A DNA stretch of 64,000 bases from Planctomycetota bacterium. Its GTDB lineage: Bacteria; Planctomycetota; UBA1135; GCA-002686595. Positions within the stretch are counted from its first letter, which is position 1. Every line of letters starts with the position of its first letter. A model generated the notes under the pieces. It searched no databases. It was not told the origin of the DNA and was given only the letters and a program-made list of their open reading frames with translations. The stretch lies in contig JACRIO010000284.1 of the NCBI GenBank assembly GCA_016220035.1, forward strand, positions 31,423 to 95,422, read 5' to 3'. Below are positions 45,529-55,967 of this stretch, piece by piece. The translations under genes were made by a program, and so were the position numbers.

Positions 45529-47790
45529 TCAGTTCGCGTCGGGCATGCAGCCGCCGTTGAACACGCGGCCGTCGATCGCACGGATCACGGGCACGATCGT
45601 CGTCGCAGCGCCCTCGATGAAGCTCGTCTTGTCGATGAGCCCGGTGAACCCGAAGCCCGCGTTCTCGTGGAACCCCGGGCCGCAGGCGTTGGCCTGCTGG
45701 TCGTCCTGCAGCTGGATCACCTTCGCCTTGAAGTCCGCGTAGGTGTTCAGGTACTGCATGTCGATCGCATCCGTGATCGGGTCGCGGTTGAAGTAGAAGA
45801 ACTGCGCCTGGGAGAGGTCGACCCAGACGACCTCCTGCACGTTCGAGCAGTTGTCCGTCGCCTCGTCGAACGGGTACATGTCGCCGTCGAAGTCGATGCC
45901 GAGGAGCACGCGCTCGTTCACGTCGTCCCAGCCCGGCGTGTCCGAACCCGGCGGGATGGCTGCACCCGGAATGCGCGCGCCCGCGTTCAAGATCGAGGTC
46001 CCGAACGCGCCCGCTCCGCTCTGAGCGAGGTTCACCCAGTTCGGAGCGAAGGAGTCGCCGAGGACCAGCGCCTGGCGGTGCTTCGAGCTCGTGGCGATGC
46101 ACGGGTTGTTCAAGTACGCGTTGTTCGCCGGCATGGAGCACGCGGGCACGCCGTCCTCCCACGCGACGTACTTCTGCGTCGCGTCCGAGGCCACGTCGAT
46201 CTGCAGGCGGTTGATCGTCCACGCGTTCGACCCGTCGATCCGATGGTCGACGTAGGCCGTGAGCGCGCCCGCGTCGAAGTCGTAGTCGATGCCGGCGCTG
46301 TCCGAGCAGGGTCCGATGCCGAAGCTCATGCCGTCGTGCGCGGGACCGCGGAGCTGGTTGTCGTACCAGGGGTCGACGACCTGAGTGAGCGTCCAGCCGC
46401 TCTTCGGGCCGACCTTGATCTCCGATCCCGCACCGACGACGACGTCCGTGTCCGCCGCGAGCGCGACGAGCGGAGCGGAGCCGGGCCCGGGACTCTGGAG
46501 GAACGACGCGCAAGCAAAGGGATCGCCCGAGTCCTTCTTCGCGCCCGTCGCGTCGAGCGTCAGTTGCTGGTCGTCGACGGCCTCGATCATGCCGCACAGG
46601 TTCGACATCTCGAGGAAGCCGAGGCGCGGGAGGCCCGAGAACTCGCCGGGGTCGGTCTCCGTCACGTTCTCCGCGCCGACGCCGATGCGCTCGCCGATCT
46701 GCAGCCGATCGGCATGGCTCGTCAGGTCCTGGACCTCGCCGCGGCCGGTGTAGAGCAGCGTGCTCGCGAAGTCGGCCGTGAAGTGCTCGCCCGAGTCGAT
46801 GGCGCCCGGCCCGCCCGTCGAGGCATCGGTCGACTGGCCGACGAGGAGCGTGACCTGCGTCGTCTCGCCGATCGTGGAGACGGATTCGACGAGGCCGTTC
46901 ACGATCGTGATTCCGACCGTGGAGAATTCGCCGCGCACGAAGTGCGGGTGGAAGAACGTCGCCTTCTGGTTCGCGTCGTCGCAGCCCGGATCGACGCCGA
47001 GCGTGCCCGAGAGGTGCAGCACGTCGCCCACCGCAACGTTGTCGAAGAGCACGGCGGTGCCGACGCCGCTCGATGCCGCATCGAAGCCGCCTACGAACAT
47101 CGTGCACGTCGTCGGCTGCACCACGTACAGCGTGCCCTTCGCATCCTCGACCTCGAGCACGCCGCCCGCGGCGTCGACCTGCGTGACGGTCGCGTCGATG
47201 TCCATGTGGATGCGCGTCGAGAGGAAGATCTGCGGCGCGACGCGGATCGTCCCGTCGACGTCGCCCGCGGCGACGGACTGCGCGACGTCGATGTGCAGGA
47301 AGAGGAACGGCTGGTTCTCCTCGGCCGGCGCCGCGACCGTGAACTCGTTCGGACCGAGGGGGAACACCGTTTCGACGGCGTCGTAGGTCGAACCGTCCTG
47401 CGCGAACATCGGGTAGACCGGCACGTCGATCTCACCCAGGTCCTTCGCGGTCATCGTGACCTTGAAGAACAGCGTGTCGTACGACCCGGCTTCGATGAGC
47501 TTCTTCCCGAGCGTCGCGGCGGACCCTTGGTAGTCGAGCGCGTTCACGGTCACGGGCGCGTCGACGCCTTCCTGGATCACGTACGCGGTGACGCCGGAGC
47601 CGGAGACGCCGAGTTCGTGGAAGGTGATCGACAGTTCCGAGAGATCGTTCGCGCCCGTGTCGCCGAGCGCGACCGTCGCCTGAGGGGTTTCGAGGCCGAG
47701 GCTACCGCTCGATCCGCCCCCGCCGCAGCCGGTGGGCAGCGCGACGAGCACGAGTGCGAGGACGGAGGCGGGAAGGATGCGCGTGAGCAT
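45529..47790 (-). CDS. large lipoprotein, hypothetical (DUF4382-like N-terminal domain, tentative)
   Basis: ATG at 47790: MLTRILPASVLALVLVALPTGCGGGG (lipobox). N-terminal ...ATVALGDTGANDLSELSITFHELGV...VNALDYQGSAATLGKKLIEAGSYDTLFFKV resembles DUF4382. The rest is unrecognised. Confidence 0.6.
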   Translation of the reverse strand: MLTRILPASVLALVLVALPTGCGGGGSSGSLGLETPQATVALGDTGANDLSELSITFHELGVSGSGVTAYVIQEGVDAPVTVNALDYQGSAATLGKKLIEAGSYDTLFFKVTMTAKDLGEIDVPVYPMFAQDGSTYDAVETVFPLGPNEFTVAAPAEENQPFLFLHIDVAQSVAAGDVDGTIRVAPQIFLSTRIHMDIDATVTQVDAAGGVLEVEDAKGTLYVVQPTTCTMFVGGFDAASSGVGTAVLFDNVAVGDVLHLSGTLGVDPGCDDANQKATFFHPHFVRGEFSTVGITIVNGLVESVSTIGETTQVTLLVGQSTDASTGGPGAIDSGEHFTADFASTLLYTGRGEVQDLTSHADRLQIGERIGVGAENVTETDPGEFSGLPRLGFLEMSNLCGMIEAVDDQQLTLDATGAKKDSGDPFACASFLQSPGPGSAPLVALAADTDVVVGAGSEIKVGPKSGWTLTQVVDPWYDNQLRGPAHDGMSFGIGPCSDSAGIDYDFDAGALTAYVDHRIDGSNAWTINRLQIDVASDATQKYVAWEDGVPACSMPANNAYLNNPCIATSSKHRQALVLGDSFAPNWVNLAQSGAGAFGTSILNAGARIPGAAIPPGSDTPGWDDVNERVLLGIDFDGDMYPFDEATDNCSNVQEVVWVDLSQAQFFYFNRDPITDAIDMQYLNTYADFKAKVIQLQDDQQANACGPGFHENAGFGFTGLIDKTSFIEGAATTIVPVIRAIDGRVFNGGCMPDAN

Positions 47791-48119
47791 TCCGGAGCTC
47801 CTGGTGGATGAGATGGGACTCTCGGCCGAATGGTCGGACCGATGCATGAGCTTCGGTTCGGTCTCCCCGCGGCTTGACGGCAGCGCGTGCGACACCTCCC
47901 CGACTTCCCATGCGTGCATTCAAGAGCTCGTGGGGTGGTTCACGCGCGCGTCCGCGGTCGCCGCGCAGCTCCCTGTCCGCTCGCTCCAACACCAAAGGTG
48001 ACGTGAGCCTCCGGTCGTGCACACGGAGGGCCTCGACTTTGCACCGAGCTCACCTCCGCTCTTCCGCGTGCGGATAGGATGCGGGCCTGTCCGTTCGACG
48101 ACATTCGACAGGAGGAAGC

Positions 48120-48608
48120 ATGTCCAAGGCCAAACCCATCCCCGACGGCTATCACACGATCACCCCGCACCTCATCTGCCGCGACGCCGCGAGCACGATC
48201 GAGTTCTACAAGAAGGCGTTCGGCGCCGAGGAGCTCATGCGCATGCCCGGTCCGGGCGGATCGATCATGCACGCCGAGCTCAAGATCGGGGACTCGTGCT
48301 TCATGGTCGCGGGCGAGAACCCGCAGTGGAATTGCAAGTCGCCGATCGCGTTCGGCGGCACGCCGGTCACGATCCACCTCTACGTGCCCGACGTCGACAA
48401 GGCGTTCGAGCGCGCGATCAAGGCGGGCGGCAAGGTGAAGATGCCCGTGAGCGACATGTTCTGGGGCGACCGCTACGGCCAGCTCGAGGACCCGAGCGGG
48501 CACACGTGGTCGATCGCGACGCACGTGAAGGACATGACGCCGCAGGAATGCGAGGCCGCGATGAAGGCGGCGTTCGCGAGCGGCGCGTGCGGTCCCGACA
48601 AGAAGTGA
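48120..48608 (+). CDS. VOC/glyoxalase-fold protein (PhnB-like)
   Basis: AGGAGGA lies 5 nt upstream of the ATG. MSKAKPIPDGYHTITPHLICRDAASTIEFYKKAFGAEE...HAELKIGDSCFMV...MFWGDRYGQLEDPSGHTWSIA. Confidence 0.8.
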   Translation: MSKAKPIPDGYHTITPHLICRDAASTIEFYKKAFGAEELMRMPGPGGSIMHAELKIGDSCFMVAGENPQWNCKSPIAFGGTPVTIHLYVPDVDKAFERAIKAGGKVKMPVSDMFWGDRYGQLEDPSGHTWSIATHVKDMTPQECEAAMKAAFASGACGPDKK

Positions 48609-48629
48609 GCGGCACTGGGCCGGAAACGC

Positions 48630-48681
48630 GCGAGGCGCGCTGGACCATGACGGTCCTGCGCGCCTCGCTCTTCTTCTGCTT
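48630..48681 (+). terminator. strong intrinsic terminator-like hairpin between convergent genes
   Basis: 17-nt arms GCGAGGCGCGCTGGACC (48630-48646) and GGTCCTGCGCGCCTCGC (48652-48668) with 1 mismatch and a 5-nt loop, followed by TCTTCTTCTGCTT. Lies between the stops at 48608 (+) and 48690 (-). Confidence 0.65.
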
Positions 48682-48689
48682 GGTGAGTG

Positions 48690-49748
48690 CTACTTCTTCT
48701 CCGCCTTCTCCTCGGAGACCTTCACCGCGAGCTTGAACTTGCCGCTGCGCTCGGTGTGGATCTTCATCGTGCCACCGTCGCGGCCTTCGCGCTCCATGTC
48801 CATCGTGTTCGAGAGCTTGCCCTCGATCGTCAGCGACTGCGGACGCTTCGCCGCGAGGTCGAACACGAGCTTGCCTTCGAGCTCGATTTCGTAGCTGTTG
48901 CCGAGCGCCGCCTCGAACTCGGGCGCGAACATGCGCTCGCGCCGGCCGCCCGCGCGCATCTCGGGCATCGGGAGCTCGCCGCTCGCGGTGAGCTCGAGCT
49001 CGATCACGGCGCACTGCACGCCGCCGACTTCCTCATCGGCGTCCGTGAGCTTCGCCTTGCCCTTCCAATCCGCGCCGACCAGCAGCCCGAGGTCGCCACC
49101 ACCGCCGCCCATGCGACCGCCGCGCGGCCGGCCGCCTTCGCCGCCTTCACGACCCTCCCCGCCTTCGCGCTGCGGCGGCGGATAGAGGCCGCGCTGCGTG
49201 TCGAGGTGCAGGAGCGCGATCACCTGCTCCTTCGAGAGATCCCAAGTGGCGCCTTCCTCGGCGTCCTTGCTCGGGAGACCGAGGTCGATGAACAGGCCCA
49301 GCCGTTGCTTCTCGAAGGCCTTGTCGTCCTCGGGCTTCTTGCCGTCGACGACCTCGGCCGTGACGTCGCCGTCGTCGCCGCTGAGCATCACGACGAGCCC
49401 TTCGATCGGGCTCTCGATGTCGCTCGAACGCTCTTCCTCGCCGAAGCTCATGCTGCGCGTGCCGCCGAGTTCCTCGAAGTGGCGCTTCACCTTCGCGGGC
49501 TTGGCGCCGTCCGCGTCGACGTACTGGTCGACGATCACTTCCTTGTACTCGGTGTCGCTCGACATGCTGCCCATGCCGCCGCGGCCCTCGACGGGTTGAC
49601 CGTCGCGCTCCATTTTCGTTTCGGTGTCCGTCGACAGCGACAGCTCGATCTCGACGCGTCGAGCCGTGTCCTTGTCGTACTTGGTGTGGAGCGAGAGACC
49701 GCCGACGGCGAGCGCGGCCGGCACGAAGATCAGGGCAAAGGGCTTCAT
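48690..49748 (-). CDS. secreted hypothetical protein with Gly/Glu/Arg-rich linker
   Basis: ATG at 49748 (MKPFALIFVPAALAVGGLS). Two beta-rich halves separated by ...PPPQREGGEGREGGEGGRPRGGRMGGGGGD... Lys/Glu-rich C-terminus. Confidence 0.55.
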   Translation of the reverse strand: MKPFALIFVPAALAVGGLSLHTKYDKDTARRVEIELSLSTDTETKMERDGQPVEGRGGMGSMSSDTEYKEVIVDQYVDADGAKPAKVKRHFEELGGTRSMSFGEEERSSDIESPIEGLVVMLSGDDGDVTAEVVDGKKPEDDKAFEKQRLGLFIDLGLPSKDAEEGATWDLSKEQVIALLHLDTQRGLYPPPQREGGEGREGGEGGRPRGGRMGGGGGDLGLLVGADWKGKAKLTDADEEVGGVQCAVIELELTASGELPMPEMRAGGRRERMFAPEFEAALGNSYEIELEGKLVFDLAAKRPQSLTIEGKLSNTMDMEREGRDGGTMKIHTERSGKFKLAVKVSEEKAEKK

Positions 49749-49859
49749 CGCGGGTTCCTTGGGATCGGCGCGCACGACGCGCGCGCCGCGATCATACCGC
49801 CGGGTCCGGGGGCCGGATCCAGAGGGCGGGAGTAGAACCCCGAAGCCTACAGTCCGACT

Positions 49860-50372
49860 TCAGGAAGCGCCGTGGCGAGCCACCGCCAGAAGCGCTCCTT
49901 CGCGATCGAACAGGAACTCGAGAGCGGCCTCCGTGTCCACGGTGGACCCGAACGTCGCGACGAGGCCGCCGTTCGCGCGCTCCATGCCCGCGAGCGACCA
50001 CTCCGACTCACGTCCGAAGCTCGCGCGATTCGCCTCGATCACGTTGCGCGCGAAGCGCTCGATCGCGCGCGCGTCGTGCTCGCCGGGCCCGAACGCGCGA
50101 TCGAGCGACAGTCCCGCGAACCCGGAGTAGGTGCGCGTCCACCGTCCGTCCGGCTGTCGATCGATCGTCAGCGCGAAGACCTGCATCTCGAATGCGCCCG
50201 CGTGATCGGCGGCGAGCGCGTGCACGCACACCTGGTCGCAGTGACACACCGACACGCACGGATCGCAGTCTTCGCTGCAATAGTGGAGGCCGACCTCGCA
50301 GCTCCCGCTCCCCAGGAGGAAGAACGCGAGCGCGCTCCCCGCCGCCGCACGCACGATCTCGATGCTTCGCAT
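49860..50372 (-). CDS. exported Cys-rich hypothetical protein
   Basis: Signal/lipobox-like MRSIEIVRAAAGSALAFFLLGSGSC, then CEVGLHYCSEDCDPCVSVCHCDQVC and a ~110-aa globular part. Confidence 0.5.
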   Translation of the reverse strand: MRSIEIVRAAAGSALAFFLLGSGSCEVGLHYCSEDCDPCVSVCHCDQVCVHALAADHAGAFEMQVFALTIDRQPDGRWTRTYSGFAGLSLDRAFGPGEHDARAIERFARNVIEANRASFGRESEWSLAGMERANGGLVATFGSTVDTEAALEFLFDREGALLAVARHGAS

Positions 50373-50449
50373 GACTGCCTCCGTCCATCCGCCCCAGACG
50401 ATCGATCAGGCTACCGCTTCGGGCCCGTTCGGCAATGAGCAGGAGCGCC

Positions 50450-52591
50450 CTACAAGCCGTCGTCTGGATCGAGGATCGCGAAGCTCTCGATGTTCTTGAC
50501 CGCGAGCACGCGCGGCCCGTGGCCGAAGTCGTAGATGTGCGCGTCCTGTAGCTCCCCCGCGGAACCGCTGCCGTTCCACGTGGAGAGCCACTGCAACGAC
50601 GTCGGCATGCTGACGCCGATTTCGAGCAGTCGTGAATCGCGCGAGGGCACGTACACGCGCCGCGTCGCCGCGTGGTAGCGGATGCGGCCGACACAGCCCG
50701 TGAACTGCGGACCGGTGAGGACGCAGAGCGGTCCCGTCACCGCGCCGGTCTGCGGATGGATCGCGTAGCTCGCGAACCCGGCGACACTGTCGGTCGCGAC
50801 GTAGAACACGGTCGCGCTCGCGTTCGTCGCGATTCCGCTGCACGTCTCCGTCGCTCCGTCGCCGTTCAGGTCGACCGGCATCTCGCCCACGTAGCTCATC
50901 CCGGCCGGCAGTGTGTCGATACGGAACACGAGCACGCCGCCGCGACACGCCACGAGCGCGAAGTTGCCCGCGACGCACACGTCTTGGCTGTTCGGACGGA
51001 TCGTGCCGGAGCCCGAGAACGCGTTGACGCACGCCCCCGTCGCGACGTCGTAGGCCTGCAGCGCGATCGCCTGCGTCGACAGGTTGGACAGGTCGCACAG
51101 CGCGAAGTTGCGGCCCGCATGCGCGTAGGGCTCGACGTCGTTCTCGTACACCGAGTCCGAGGGCGTCCACGTCGGCGGCGACGAGCGCAGCAACGTCGGC
51201 GGCGCCGGATCCGGCTGCGTGCGCGCGATCGGCCAGGTCTGAACGCCGCCCGCGCCGGTGGCGGTGAGGAGCAAGGCGTGATCGACGTCGGCTGGGTTCG
51301 GATAGAGGAGCTCGACGTGCTCGGTGAGGCCGCCCGCGGGTTGATAGCTCCCCGGAACGAGCTGCGGAAAGCCCTCGTTCGACACGTCGCAGCGCGCCAT
51401 GCCGCCGAACGTGGGCAGGTACACCGAGCTCCAGGCCGGCACGGCCACCGCGCCGTCGCAGCTCGCGATCCACCAGCCCTGCGCCGCGAGGATCGGTTGC
51501 GGCGCCGCGACGTTCACCGCGTTCAGCACCCAATCGACCGCGTGCGGCGTCGCGGTCCAGAGCATGCGCGTCCCGTTGCGCTTGCGCACGAGCGCCATGT
51601 CGCGCTTGCCTGCGTCGACGAAGGGCACGGAGGTGCAACCCTGAGGAAGCAGGCCCGGCATCTGGTAGGCGTAGAGCATGTTCGCGCCCGCGACGAACAG
51701 CTTGTTGCGCGTCGGATCGCGCGTGAGGTTGTAAACCGCTCCCGTCGAGCCGCAGCCCGAATCGGGAACGAGCTGCGCGAGCCACACCGGGTGTGCGGGA
51801 TCGGAGACGTCGAGTTGGGTCAGGAGCCCCGTGCCGTCCGCGACGAACGCGACGTCCTGCGTCCCGTTCAGGTTCGGGAACACTTCGACCGCGCGCGAGC
51901 TCGCGTACGGGTCGTCGTAGGCGACGTGCGCGCGCCAGTCGTTCGCGTAGATCACCGGCTGCGCGTAGTTGTGCGCGCGGTCGAGGTCGGCGATGACGAG
52001 CGAGTTCTTGCGCGGCAGCACGGGGCTCTCGAGCGCGGCGACCATGAACGCGAGGAGCTTCCCGTCGACCTCGCGCACCTGGATGCGGCGGAAGAGCGTG
52101 ACGTCCGCGATCGGGCATTCGACCTGCGCCACGCGCGTGAGCGCGCCGCTCGCGTAACTGAACACGACGAGCTTGCGCCCCGCGACCGCGAACACCGCGT
52201 TCGTGTTCGCCCACGTCTTCGCGTCCTCGAAATCGGGGAACGTCTCGGTGGTCGGCGGCTCCCAGTTCAAGCGCCAGATCGTGGGCGTCGAGACGTGCAG
52301 CGAGCGCCGCGCGGCGACGACGCGATGGCCGGTGCCCATCTCGAACTCCACGGCCTGCACGGTCGTCGCGTACGGCGAGAAGCCGTCCGTGCCGAGGCGC
52401 GCGCCCGTGATGGCGTCGAGGATGAAGACGTTGCGCCCCTCGGCGAGCCAAACCCAGTTCGCGCTCGCGGCGACGTCGTTGGGCGCGCCGCTGTAGAGCT
52501 CGCCGACGATCTGCGGCGGGAGGACCTGGACGGCGGACGATACCGGAGCGAGGGCGCAGAGCGCCGTCAGGGGGAGGGAACGCAGCAGCAT
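50450..52591 (-). CDS. secreted beta-propeller protein (LVIVD-repeat-like), hypothetical
   Basis: ATG at 52591 (MLLRSLPLTALCALAPVSSA). Recurrent strand motifs such as NSLVIADLDRAHN, LLTQLDVSDPAHPVWL, GGVLVFRIDTLP, SFAILDPDDG. Confidence 0.55.
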   Translation of the reverse strand: MLLRSLPLTALCALAPVSSAVQVLPPQIVGELYSGAPNDVAASANWVWLAEGRNVFILDAITGARLGTDGFSPYATTVQAVEFEMGTGHRVVAARRSLHVSTPTIWRLNWEPPTTETFPDFEDAKTWANTNAVFAVAGRKLVVFSYASGALTRVAQVECPIADVTLFRRIQVREVDGKLLAFMVAALESPVLPRKNSLVIADLDRAHNYAQPVIYANDWRAHVAYDDPYASSRAVEVFPNLNGTQDVAFVADGTGLLTQLDVSDPAHPVWLAQLVPDSGCGSTGAVYNLTRDPTRNKLFVAGANMLYAYQMPGLLPQGCTSVPFVDAGKRDMALVRKRNGTRMLWTATPHAVDWVLNAVNVAAPQPILAAQGWWIASCDGAVAVPAWSSVYLPTFGGMARCDVSNEGFPQLVPGSYQPAGGLTEHVELLYPNPADVDHALLLTATGAGGVQTWPIARTQPDPAPPTLLRSSPPTWTPSDSVYENDVEPYAHAGRNFALCDLSNLSTQAIALQAYDVATGACVNAFSGSGTIRPNSQDVCVAGNFALVACRGGVLVFRIDTLPAGMSYVGEMPVDLNGDGATETCSGIATNASATVFYVATDSVAGFASYAIHPQTGAVTGPLCVLTGPQFTGCVGRIRYHAATRRVYVPSRDSRLLEIGVSMPTSLQWLSTWNGSGSAGELQDAHIYDFGHGPRVLAVKNIESFAILDPDDGL

Positions 52592-52789
52592 GAGCGTGGG
52601 GGGACGCGGTGGACCATTTTCGACCATAGCACGGGACCAGCGCCGCGGGTGGTGCACTCCCCGTCATGTGCGCTTCGCGCCGCGTTCACCAAGCCTCGGA
52701 CGTGGGACCGCCGGCGCCGGGGAAGCGCGCGTCCCAGTCGCGTGGACTGCATGCGCGCCGCCTGAAGGGCAGCTCCATGCCCTCTGAGC

Positions 52790-53551
52790 TCAGAACGAGA
52801 GCGTCACGCCGAACGCCGCGCCGTCGTCGGTCAGGGCCGGTCCGAACTCGGCGTGGACCCCGCGCCGGAACAGCCCGTCGCGCTCCGCGTCGCCGTAGTG
52901 CGCGTCGTAGACCAGGTGGCTCACGAACATCCCGAGTGCCGCGCCGAACGTGATGTCGGAGAGCCAGTGCCGCTCGCCCTCGAGCCGACTCACGCCGACG
53001 TACGCCGCCGGCAGATAGAGCACGTACCCGAGGGCGCTTCCGTCGTGCGTGTCGGCCCAACGCCGAGCGAGCAGCGTCGCGCCGGCGAACGCGAACGAGG
53101 TGTGTCCCGAGGGGAACGAGTCCTGCGACGTGTGATCGGGCCGTGGACGGTTGACCGCCATCTTGAGCATCTGCGTGGAGGCGAGCGTCAGCGCGATGGC
53201 CTCGCTCGACACCTCGAGGAAGCGCGTGTCGCCGTTGCTCACCGCGTCGACGGCGCCCCACGCGACCGGCGCGAACCCGAGTCCGAGCGCCCACGCCGTG
53301 CCTGTGCTCTCATGCGTGTTGAAGAACTGGTCCTCGTTCGATTCGAGCGTGTTCTGATGGTCGAACGGCAGGAGCAGCGGAGTCGCGACCGCCGTCGCAG
53401 CCACCGGCACCCACTGAGCGGGCTGCTCGGTGAACTGCTCCCAGGCATGCTCCCACGGCCGGGCCGCGGTGTGCTCCTCGAGCGCCGCGCAACCGGTCAC
53501 CGTCATCGCCGACGCGCAGAGCACTCCGTGGATGCGTGCATGCATGGTCAT
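52790..53551 (-). CDS. PAP2-family (type 2 phosphatidic acid phosphatase-like) lipoprotein
   Basis: Start at ATG 53551 (MTMHARIHGVLCASAMTVTGC). PAP2 motifs K..VNRPRP, SFPSGHTS, SRLEGERHWLSDITFGAALG. Confidence 0.8.
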   Translation of the reverse strand: MTMHARIHGVLCASAMTVTGCAALEEHTAARPWEHAWEQFTEQPAQWVPVAATAVATPLLLPFDHQNTLESNEDQFFNTHESTGTAWALGLGFAPVAWGAVDAVSNGDTRFLEVSSEAIALTLASTQMLKMAVNRPRPDHTSQDSFPSGHTSFAFAGATLLARRWADTHDGSALGYVLYLPAAYVGVSRLEGERHWLSDITFGAALGMFVSHLVYDAHYGDAERDGLFRRGVHAEFGPALTDDGAAFGVTLSF

Positions 53552-53906
53552 CGCGCTGCGGTCAGGTCGGACTTCGGGAGCGGAAACCGTGGAGACGGCC
53601 CATTGCAGCTCCCGCGAAGCGGTCGTGCCAGCTCCGACCGGGACGGACTGCGCCACTTCATCGCTCGTGATCCCGCGCAAGCGCACCGTCCGCGTGAGGG
53701 CCATGTGCGTATTCCGCTGCTACGGCGTCGTGGGGCGCGGCGCGTGGGGTTCCCCACGCATCGACGCACGACGTGAGGAACGCTCGAGCTGCGTTGCGCG
53801 GAACCGGCGAGGCACACACCCTCCCAGCGCGGACTACCGACTCCGGCCGATGGTCCCGCCTCGACGCAGCGATAGTCTTGCTCGGCGCTCGTTCCGGAGG
53901 ACAGGC

Positions 53907-55584
53907 ATGCGTTCGCGCGTCGCTCTCGCGATCTCTGCGGCACTGGGCGCGGTCCTGGGCGCCGCGGTGATGGCGTTGCTCCAGGCTCCGCGCGTCGTCG
54001 AACAATGGCGGCTCGGGCGCGAGGAGGAGGACTATCGTCGGGCGTTCGCGCGCGACGACTCCGTCACGCTCGCGCACTTCATCGGCGAGCACCCGCTCAG
54101 TGCCTGGCGACCGGCGGCCGAAGAGCGCCTCGCGTTCCTGCGCACGGACCCGCGTGCCTTCGAGGAAGCCGCCCGAGTTGGAACGCGTGCAGAACTCGAA
54201 CGCTTCCTCGCAGCCTTCCCCGACCACGTCCGCGTGCCGGACGCGCGCGCCCTGCTCGCGAGCTGCGCACCGCGGAGCGTCTTCGAGCGCCTCGCGGCCG
54301 GCGAGCTGCACGTCGAGGCCTGCGGCGCGGGCATGGAGCAGGTCCGGCTCACCTTGCGACGGCAGGTTCCCCATGAGCTCGGCGTGATCGTTCCCGTGGG
54401 CGCCTTCTTCGTCTCCGCAGGCGAGGTGCAGGACATGGTCGCGACGCGCGAAGCCTCCGCCGTGCTGCTCACCGACGCGGAGCTCGAACTCGAAGTGCAA
54501 GTCGCCTGCGCGAACCTCGAGCGTCCGGTGCCGAGCTCGGAGAGCGCGTTCCGCTTGGAGCGGCGGCCCGCGAGCAACGCGCTCGTCGAGCTCATGCCGC
54601 TCCTCGAACGCGCGAACGCGAGCGCGCCCGTCGCGCAGGCCGCGGTGTGGATCGTGACGGACGACGCGACCTGGTATCAGATGGGAACGCTCGTCGTCAG
54701 CCAATTCGGAATCGCGCTCGCCGGCCTGCGCGCCATCGACGAGCGGAGCGCCGTGACGGCGATGAAGGTCTGCGCGGATGCGGGTGTCGACGTCGAACGA
54801 CGCGCGATCGGGAAGATCGATCGCTTTCTCCTGGTCGACGGCCTCGGCGTCGAGGAGCACGGTGTCGCGGAGTGGAGTCGTGCACGGCTCGCGAGGCTGG
54901 GCTACTCGGGCACGCGCGACGAGATCCTGCTCGCCGTCCTGGAGCGGGACACCGAGATGGAGGTCGAGGCCTCGATGAGCGCCGCGGCGACGCGCGTGTT
55001 GCGCTCCCTCGGCGACGCCGCCCCGCGCGGGCGGCTCATCGAGCTCCTGACGGCGCACGCGGCGGCGGGCCGTCTCGGCGCTCGGCGATCCGCGCGACGC
55101 CGACGACGTGCATCGACTCTGCGCGCTGCTCGAGGACGCGAGCGCGGGCGTGCGGGTCGCGGTCGTTCGCGCGCTCGAAGCCGCGCGCGGACCGGAGCGC
55201 GACGCGGCGATCGGCCGCGCGTTCGAGGACTCGAGCGCGGAAGTCGCGGGCGCCGCGATCGGAGTCGCGCGGCGAACCGAGAGCATCGCACTCGTGCCCG
55301 CCCTGACGCGCTTCCTGGCCTCGAAGCACGCAGCGGAGCCGCGCGCGGAAGCGGCCCGAGCGCTCGCCCAACTCGCCGGCCCGGAGTCGCTACGGGCCCT
55401 GTGCGCGCAACTCACGGACGGGGAATACGAAGTGCGCCTCGCGATCGCCGACGCACTGGGAATCGCGGGCGATGCAAGCGCGCTCGAACCTCTGCGCTCC
55501 GCGCTGGACCACGAACCCGACGCCGACCTCCAAGCGGCCTACCGAGAAGCGCTCGCGCAGATCAGCGAACGCATCGGGCGTTGA
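53907..55584 (+). CDS. membrane-anchored protein with C-terminal HEAT (PBS-lyase type) repeats; apparent frameshift near 55060-55075
   Basis: ATG at 53907 (MRSRVALAISAALGAVLGAAVMALL). The frame is protein-like up to ...RGRLIELLTAHAAAG, then turns into an Arg-rich shadow. The +1 frame, open from 55051, reads ...AVSALGDPRDADDVHRLCALLEDASAGVRVAVVRALE...EVRLAIADALGIAGDASALEPL... (HEAT_PBS pattern) to the stop at 55584. Confidence 0.6.
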
Positions 55585-55967
55585 AGTCCCGGAGTCTTCG
55601 CTCAGCGACGAGCACGTCCATTCTGATCCTCGCGTTCGGCCGTTGGGCCGAGGCTGGAATGTGACCCTCCTCGAGACTCCATGGGTCAGGGCGGCAGCGG
55701 ATCGGAAGCGTTGCCGGAGCAGCAGCGCCAGGGAACTGCATCGTCAAAGCACTCGTTGTCTCGACCCCGATCGTCGAAGAGCGCGTTTTGGAGAAGGTCG
55801 ACAGTTGGATGCAAGTGTCTGCGTTTTTCAACGCGATGCCGCTCACGGGAGCGGACCGAAAACGCGCAGCGTGGGAGACGTTCGCGAAGCAGCCACCGGG
55901 TGACCGCCCTCGGCGCATCGACTTACCCGCCGTCGATGGCACGCACGGACTCCGCCGCCACGCGACT

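Noticed and set aside
49080-49200. Nucleotide-level tandem repeat in the GGEGREGGEGG-coding stretch
   Set aside because: This is low-complexity coding sequence within a secreted protein. The units are irregular and give no evidence of a discrete repeat element.
55562-55942. 126-aa minus-strand ORF (and overlapping + ORFs) in the spacer beside abiEii
   Set aside because: Mixed third-position composition, no start context and no recognisable motifs. I treat it as non-coding flank of the islet.
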